A stretch of DNA of 64,000 bases from a virus. Below, in pieces: positions 58,384-64,000 of this stretch (position 1 is its first letter; each line of letters begins with the position of its first letter). Under the pieces are notes generated by a model. That model made no database searches. It had not been told where the DNA came from and worked only from the letters and a program-made list of their open reading frames with translations. A program made the translations under genes and the position numbers. The stretch lies in the IMG/VR virus record IMGVR_UViG_3300020220_003261. One strand, written 5' to 3'.

Positions 58384-59910
58384 ATGAAAATTGGACCTAA
58401 TATATCACAGAATGGAATAGTATTCGGCATCAATGTCGGTAATAGTAGATATTATCCAGGTGAACCCACAACCAATTTATTAGATAATGCATCCACAAAT
58501 GCTATACCTCTTTTAGGTAATGCTTGGGGAACATATAACACGAATCAATATGGAAGTGGAACATATTTTTCAATTGGTTCTGTTAGTAGTGTGTCAAATA
58601 ATATAGTAACAATGACATCGTCACACGGACTTAGAACCTATGATGTGATGCAACCACAAACAACAGGAGGAGGTGTTACGGCTGGTACTAACTATTTTAT
58701 AAAAAAAGTAAGTAATACTCAATTTTCTTTACATTCTTATAATAGTAGTCAGGATGGTTCACAAGGATATATAAATCCATCCACAGGAACACACAAGGTT
58801 CATGATAGTATTGCAACGGATAGTAAAATATCTATTAGTTCAGAAAATTTTCCAACAATGTGGTGGGGTTACCCACATTTACCAAATTCAGGTTTAGTTA
58901 AAGAATGGATTCCAAATGGATTTACAAATCCATCTGATGGATTTATATCTGATTGTATAAGACAACACATAACGAGAGCTGATGGACCTGATCATATGGC
59001 TTATGGTGCAAATGCGTCATTCACATCAAATTCTCCCGTTTATTGTTCATTTTATGCTAGATCGGTTGATTCTAATGCAGTCGGTAAATCTTGTACATTT
59101 TATCATTACACTTATGGTGTTCAGTCTGCAACTGCATATTCTATGGGATTTACATTAGGTGCAGTGGGTGTTTGGGAAAGATTTGGATATACTTGGACAT
59201 CACCTAATAATACAGCAATTTCTTATTGGTTTAATCCGGGTGGACCATACAAATATGATATTGCAAATATTCAAATTGAACAAAAAAATCACCCAACAAG
59301 ATTCACAACAGGAACTAGATCGACAACACAAAGTCTTATTGATGTTGCAAGAGGTGGTTCTATTGATGTTGCCAATGTGTCATTTGATTCAAATGGTCAA
59401 ATCACATTTGATGGGACGAACGATTATATTGATTTTTTTGCTCCATCATTAGGTGGTACCGCAACAATTGAAATGGTTGCAAAAATTGGTTCAGGATATA
59501 GTGGAAAAATGTTTTTTGGTTGGAATACTTATGATGTGTGGTGTGGTGGTGGTCATTTAGGATATAACACTGGCAATGGTGATGTTTATGGAATTTCATC
59601 TTCATCAGTTTCAAGTTTAGGATTAGTTAGTAATTGGAAACATTATGTTTTTGAAATGAGAACTGATGTTTCCTATACAAATAATAAAATATATATTAAT
59701 GGTGTGCAACAATCATTATCGCAACAACAAAGTAGTGAGGGTTCAAAAAGCTTTAATAGTGGTAATGGAAGAATAGCGGTTTGGAAACATGATTTAAATT
59801 ATTGTATGCCTATGGATTGTCATGTATTTAGAGTTTATAATAGAGCTCTTTCACAAGAAGAAATAACCCAAAATTATGTTTCTTACAAAGGAAGATTTGG
59901 AATTTCATAA
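58384..59910 (+). CDS. LamG-fold protein with inserted carbohydrate-binding-like domains
   Basis: N-terminal GPNISQNGIVF and C-terminal FDGTNDYI...NWKHYV...FRVYNRALSQEEITQNY flank a large insertion. Confidence 0.78.
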   Translation: MKIGPNISQNGIVFGINVGNSRYYPGEPTTNLLDNASTNAIPLLGNAWGTYNTNQYGSGTYFSIGSVSSVSNNIVTMTSSHGLRTYDVMQPQTTGGGVTAGTNYFIKKVSNTQFSLHSYNSSQDGSQGYINPSTGTHKVHDSIATDSKISISSENFPTMWWGYPHLPNSGLVKEWIPNGFTNPSDGFISDCIRQHITRADGPDHMAYGANASFTSNSPVYCSFYARSVDSNAVGKSCTFYHYTYGVQSATAYSMGFTLGAVGVWERFGYTWTSPNNTAISYWFNPGGPYKYDIANIQIEQKNHPTRFTTGTRSTTQSLIDVARGGSIDVANVSFDSNGQITFDGTNDYIDFFAPSLGGTATIEMVAKIGSGYSGKMFFGWNTYDVWCGGGHLGYNTGNGDVYGISSSSVSSLGLVSNWKHYVFEMRTDVSYTNNKIYINGVQQSLSQQQSSEGSKSFNSGNGRIAVWKHDLNYCMPMDCHVFRVYNRALSQEEITQNYVSYKGRFGIS

Positions 59911-59922
59911 AAATTTAAAATT

Positions 59923-60041
59923 ATGTTTGAAAATAGAAGGTGATTAAGTATGATAAAATAGTAGCATTATTAATTGAAACAAATAAAGAATTATTAAAGA
60001 GAATTGAAGATTTAGAAAAAGTAATAAAAAAACACAAATGA
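59923..60041 (+). pseudogene. Deletion scar: 6-codon gene start fused out of frame to an S74 chaperone C-terminal remnant
   Basis: ATG 59923 gives MFENRR*. Frame 59940-60041 gives VIKYDKIVALLIETNKELLKRIEDLEK, paralogous to the end of the 54807 protein. Confidence 0.7.
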
Positions 60042-60691
60042 GTTATTTGATTGCTAATATACCACCAATAGAAGTTTATGTAGATAAAAGGTTTCTTTAC
60101 GATTTTCAAACCGATAAAGATGGTAAATTATTGGGCGATAAGGAATGGGAAAAGGGTCATTGGGTAAGTGTTAAATCAATTATAAATCGAGCACTCCTTT
60201 TTGAAACCTATATTGACAAGTTTGGTGCTGTATATGATAAGCTACCGATTCATGCATTTCGTTGGAGACATAAAAAATCAAATGATAAGGAGTTTCCTTT
60301 AGATTTTTTACAACTTTGGGATTGTCTATCATATAACATATCAGTTATAGAAAAAAGGGTTCTAACGGGTGTCAAAACCTTTACAACAATGAAGGATCAT
60401 AGTGTTGTTGAGGGTGAATATCTTTTTACAATTGATACCGCACATTCAGAACCAAATGAAGTGGATTGTGGATGGAGTGAAACACCAAATGAGCATAAAT
60501 GTTATAACATATCTAAATTGGAAAACGGTCAATTTTGTGCACAACCAAATAATAGAACTCGTTGGTATCAACCTTCTCGAACCGAATCAATAAATGAAAT
60601 TCCGTATTTTAGATACTCTACTAAAATATGGAGATGTGAAGATAATAGTAAATGGAGACCTTCTGATTCTAAATGGGATTATACATTTTGA
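60038..60691 (+). CDS. Conserved phage hypothetical protein, 217 aa
   Basis: MSYLIANIPP...YLFTID...EHKC....LENGQFCAQPNNR is a pattern I recognise from aquatic phages. Function unknown. Confidence 0.75.
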   Translation: MSYLIANIPPIEVYVDKRFLYDFQTDKDGKLLGDKEWEKGHWVSVKSIINRALLFETYIDKFGAVYDKLPIHAFRWRHKKSNDKEFPLDFLQLWDCLSYNISVIEKRVLTGVKTFTTMKDHSVVEGEYLFTIDTAHSEPNEVDCGWSETPNEHKCYNISKLENGQFCAQPNNRTRWYQPSRTESINEIPYFRYSTKIWRCEDNSKWRPSDSKWDYTF

Positions 60692-60797
60692 ATGCACATA
60701 TTCAATGATTTTATCTTTACTCGAAACACCAATATGGAAAAAATAAACAAACTTTTACAAAATGTAAAAATTGTTTATATTTTATTAATTAATTAAA

Positions 60798-61538
60798 ATG
60801 AATAATATTGCTTTTGGTATCTTTTGTTTTGGAGACCATTATTATTTTGAAGGATCTATACACAAAATAAAAAGATTATTAGAAGATGGATATTCTTGCT
60901 ATGTTCTAACAGATAATATAGAATATTTTAACAAATATTATTCTACAAATTATTTAAAACTAATTCCATATAAAAAAGAAATTAAATCATATCATGACAA
61001 AATGTTATTACCAAAATATATTTTGGATAATCATGATATCTGTATTTTAATCGATGCAGATTTAGAAGTATTCGATTATTCTTTTTTAAAAAAAATTAAA
61101 ACATTCGATTTTAAACACGGAATATCCTTTGTTGAAACACTATCAAAACACCCGAGCAAGTTGGAAACCATTTCAAATATTGATATGACAACAAATGAGT
61201 GGAAATTTTATAAAGATTATATCAAAAATTTAAATGTAGATATATCAAATGAAAATACAATGTGGGAATATTTTTTAGTTATTAATAAAAAAGGTTTTAA
61301 CCAAAAAGATTTTTACAAACACTATGAAAAATTACAAATAGTTAAAGATTTTTGTAACATAGATGGTAAAAAAGAAATATCTGGTATGGGTGAAGGTGTT
61401 TCTATTCTAATATCATCTTTATTATCAAACACAAAATTGACTTTGGATGAAAATTTGTTTAAATTAATCCAAAATAAGGTGGTTAGTATTAGTAGAAAAT
61501 TTACTAATCCTGATTTTTTACCTGATTGGATGAAATGA
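60798..61538 (+). CDS. Putative GT-A fold glycosyltransferase
   Basis: CYVLTDN, YHDK, ILIDADL (DxD), GMGEG late motif. Confidence 0.6.
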   Translation: MNNIAFGIFCFGDHYYFEGSIHKIKRLLEDGYSCYVLTDNIEYFNKYYSTNYLKLIPYKKEIKSYHDKMLLPKYILDNHDICILIDADLEVFDYSFLKKIKTFDFKHGISFVETLSKHPSKLETISNIDMTTNEWKFYKDYIKNLNVDISNENTMWEYFLVINKKGFNQKDFYKHYEKLQIVKDFCNIDGKKEISGMGEGVSILISSLLSNTKLTLDENLFKLIQNKVVSISRKFTNPDFLPDWMK

Positions 61539-62263
61539 TCTTAAACGAAGAATATTTAAAAAAATTTATTACAAATAATAATGATAAACCTGTTCCTTAT
61601 AGGTGGACACACGGTGCAACCGATTTACATTTAGGAGATGGATTAATAGTTTACTCATTAATACAGATGATGAGGTTTAAAACTTGTGTTTGTATAGGAT
61701 CTGGTGGTGGATTCATACCTCGCCTGATGACACAAGCTAGATTAGATTTACATAAACAAGAAATATTCGAAGGAAATTCAGATTATAATTGGGGTGATAT
61801 TGGCGTCACATATGTTGTCGATGCGTGTAATGGTATTGGTGGACCAACAGATATAGAAGATGAAAATTCATTTTTTAGAAGAACTTTTTGGCCAAGGTTT
61901 ATAAAATCAACATCTGTTGATGCGTATCATGATTTTTTTGTTAGGCAAGATATTAAAATTGATTTACTTTTTTTAGATGGTGACCATACGTATGAGGGTA
62001 TTAAAAATGATTTTAATTTATATTCATCATTATTAACAAATAATGGAATTATTGTTATACACGATACTGATAAAAATTATGAAAAAACTTTGATTGTATC
62101 TGAAGATGCAAAAAAAGATTATCACAAATTCGATGGGCCTTCAAAATTTGTTGAAGAATTACAACAAAGTAAAGAGTGGAACTTGATTAATCTTTTTAAT
62201 TTTTGTATATTATCAACAAAACCAACCTCATCAGGAATTACAATTATTAATAGAAAAAAATGA
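61535..62263 (+). CDS. Class I SAM-dependent methyltransferase (Methyltransf_24-like)
   Basis: VCIGSGGGF, DLLFLDGDHTYEGIKNDF, GIIVIHD. ATG 61535 is preferred as the start. Confidence 0.8.
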   Translation: MILNEEYLKKFITNNNDKPVPYRWTHGATDLHLGDGLIVYSLIQMMRFKTCVCIGSGGGFIPRLMTQARLDLHKQEIFEGNSDYNWGDIGVTYVVDACNGIGGPTDIEDENSFFRRTFWPRFIKSTSVDAYHDFFVRQDIKIDLLFLDGDHTYEGIKNDFNLYSSLLTNNGIIVIHDTDKNYEKTLIVSEDAKKDYHKFDGPSKFVEELQQSKEWNLINLFNFCILSTKPTSSGITIINRKK

Positions 62264-63111
62264 TTAGATTAATATCTGTTATTGGTCACGGAATTGATTT
62301 AATACCACATTTCGTAAAACATTATTCAAAATATGTTGAGGAGATCCAATTTGTTGTATATCAATCATCAATTCATCCAAATTTGATTCAAAATGTAAAA
62401 GATAAAGTCAAACAATATAAAAACGTAAAGATTGTAAAAACTATTGAGGACAGAGTATTTGATTGGGAAAAAGTTACACAATTATACAATTTCATTAAAT
62501 CAAAAAATCCACATGATTGGTGGGTGGTTGCTGATATTGATGAATTTCATTTATATCCAAATAATAATTTAAAGCAATGTATATCAGATTGTGAGGATAA
62601 CGGATGGGAAATAATAAGAGGTGGTTTTATAGATAGGATTGGACCGAATGGAGAATTTTCAGTTTTAAATATGAATGAAGAAATATTTTCACAATATCCA
62701 AATGCGGGTTTTTTTAGATATCGTTTAAGTAAAGCCAATCCAAATAAGGTTTGTGTTATGAAGGGGTCTATTGAAATTACATCTGGACAACATTATGCAA
62801 AAATAGATAATCAAACAACTTGGAAATGGCAAGGATGGAATCACCCATTAATTAATCCTAAAGACCACGTACAAGTTCACCATTTCAAATGGGATTCCAC
62901 ATCGATAGAAAGAATTAAAACAGTTGCAGATAATAATCAAGATTATTCCTATTCGAATGAGTACGGAATTATGTACAATTCATTAAGAAAAAATAAGTTT
63001 TGTATTAACATAGAAGACCCCTTGTTTTTATTCAAAAAAAATTGTATATTAGGTAATTATGGGGAGTACTCCAAATGGAATAATTTAATTAATAAAATAA
63101 AATCAATATGA
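62260..63111 (+). CDS. Glycosyltransferase family 2/92-like
   Basis: LIPHFVKHY, WWVVADIDEF (DxDE), KVCV, HFKW. Confidence 0.75.
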   Translation: MIRLISVIGHGIDLIPHFVKHYSKYVEEIQFVVYQSSIHPNLIQNVKDKVKQYKNVKIVKTIEDRVFDWEKVTQLYNFIKSKNPHDWWVVADIDEFHLYPNNNLKQCISDCEDNGWEIIRGGFIDRIGPNGEFSVLNMNEEIFSQYPNAGFFRYRLSKANPNKVCVMKGSIEITSGQHYAKIDNQTTWKWQGWNHPLINPKDHVQVHHFKWDSTSIERIKTVADNNQDYSYSNEYGIMYNSLRKNKFCINIEDPLFLFKKNCILGNYGEYSKWNNLINKIKSI

Positions 63112-63356
63112 CACAAATTAAAAAAACTAATGGTAAAGATGACGAATTATTGATTCTTGAACAAAGAAAAGTTAAAGCACTGGAAAAAATTTCAAATTCT
63201 TTAGACGCACTTACTGTGTGGGTTGAAGAAATTGATAAAGAGGAGTGGGGTAACAGAATACAATTCTATTTAGCAGAGTTTCATAACAAAATCGTAAAAG
63301 AAATTGTATTCAAAGATGGTCAAGAGGTAAAAATATCCAATAAGAAAATAAAATAA
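63108..63356 (+). CDS. hypothetical protein, 82 aa
   Basis: Coupled ORF (ATGA and TAATG overlaps) inside the GT cluster. Confidence 0.7.
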   Translation: MTQIKKTNGKDDELLILEQRKVKALEKISNSLDALTVWVEEIDKEEWGNRIQFYLAEFHNKIVKEIVFKDGQEVKISNKKIK

Positions 63357-64000
63357 TGAGTCATAAACTTGGTATAATCGTACCATATAGAGACCGTTAT
63401 AAACAACTTGTTCGATTTAAAGTATCATTAAAAAATTGGTTATCGAAATTTGATATTGACTATGAAATAATTGTAGTTGAACAAGATGACGGGCTAGCGT
63501 TCAATAGAGGAAAACTATTGAACGTTGGTTTTTTATATTCCAAAAAGTTAAAATGTGACTACGTTATTTTTCACGATGTTGACATGTTACCTTATGATGT
63601 TGATTATTCATATTGTGATATACCATTACACATGGCAACTGATTTCATAACGACAGGTGGATTCAAAAGAATAGTATTTGATGAATATTTTGGGGGAGTT
63701 ACACTTTTTCCAGTGGACATGTTCGAACTTGTAAATGGTTACTCAAACAAATATTGGGGATGGGGTTATGAAGACACCGAACTTTTACATAGATGCAAAT
63801 TGTCTAAAATTCCATTAGACACAAAAGAAATCAGTCTAAAAGGTGGTAATGTGGCATCTCTAAGATTTAATGGTGTAGACGCATATATTGAGGGAAACAA
63901 CATATTCGATTTCAAATATAAAAATACAATTTTTATTAGTTTCAATCCCGATGAATTAACATTAAATCATGAAAAAGATGATGATGTGTTTGCGTCTTTT
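63356..64000 (+). CDS. GT7 (beta-1,4-galactosyltransferase-like) glycosyltransferase fused to a probable LamG domain, 3'-truncated (not in ORF track)
   Basis: Manual translation: IIVPYRDR, VVEQDD..AFNRGKLLNVGF, FHDVDMLP, YFGGV, VNGYSNKYWGWGYEDTEL, then SLRFNGVDAYIE. Confidence 0.88.
   Translation, partial: MSHKLGIIVPYRDRYKQLVRFKVSLKNWLSKFDIDYEIIVVEQDDGLAFNRGKLLNVGFLYSKKLKCDYVIFHDVDMLPYDVDYSYCDIPLHMATDFITTGGFKRIVFDEYFGGVTLFPVDMFELVNGYSNKYWGWGYEDTELLHRCKLSKIPLDTKEISLKGGNVASLRFNGVDAYIEGNNIFDFKYKNTIFISFNPDELTLNHEKDDDVFASF

Noticed and set aside
45894-59910. Diversity-generating retroelement or invertase-based fibre switching
   Set aside because: No reverse transcriptase, no adenine-specific TR/VR pair, no recombinase and no inverted cassette are visible in this window.
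59921-60109. 62-aa minus-strand ORF and other short antisense ORFs inside long + strand genes
   Set aside because: They overlap well-supported + strand coding or remnant sequence and show no recognisable motifs.
1-64000. Alternative genetic code (stop-codon reassignment) as in some large phages
   Set aside because: Long conserved genes are uninterrupted in code 11, and TAA, TAG and TGA all end genes at sensible positions.
1-64000. tRNA, rRNA or tmRNA genes
   Set aside because: Intergenic gaps are short and AT-rich. The only GC-rich non-coding patch (24443-24511) lacks a cloverleaf and T-loop motif.
1-64000. Eukaryotic virus (NCLDV) or cellular origin, suggested by GT7, mucin-like repeats, ClpP, NusG and sigma
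   Set aside because: The gp25/gp6/gp7 baseplate genes, S74 fibre, coupled operons and bacterial promoters/terminators indicate a tailed bacteriophage.

Overview
This window is an internal 64 kb segment of a large, AT-rich, T4-like contractile-tailed phage genome. It is nearly all + strand and reads in the standard genetic code. The host is probably in Bacteroidota, judged from the Bacteroidota-type ClpP, short RpoD-like sigma factor, Hc1 and DUF5522 genes, TAnnTTTG-like promoters and lack of clear Shine-Dalgarno sites. Gene order: 5'-3' exonuclease, DnaB-like helicase and class II RNR (1-5.2 kb); baseplate/structural block with gp25-, gp6- and gp7-like proteins, two carrying long Pro/Thr mucin-like repeats (5.2-23.8 kb); RuvC, primase, PD-(D/E)xK nuclease and SbcD/SbcC (23.8-30.8 kb); a host-takeover, membrane and possible head-protein region with ClpP, sigma, a degenerate amidase, Hc1, an adenine MTase, NusG, an AAA ATPase and Trx/Grx/Trx (30.9-45.8 kb); five fibre genes, three with very long Gly-(Ser/Thr)-(Ser/Thr) tracts, followed by LamG tip genes (45.9-59.9 kb); and a glycosyltransferase/methyltransferase cluster that runs off the right end (60.8-64 kb). 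The main hypothesis is a phage-encoded virion O-glycosylation system, with mucin-like and serglycin-like structural proteins as acceptors and a GT7 (beta-1,4-GalT-like) cluster as the writers. Other notable items are an apparently daisy-chained segmented fibre, an A10 recoding site, a catalytically dead amidase, a candidate small RNA and a TATTTATA late-promoter motif. No tRNA, CRISPR array, intein, intron, DGR or transposon could be supported. All family assignments come from motif recognition by eye, and no database searches were run.
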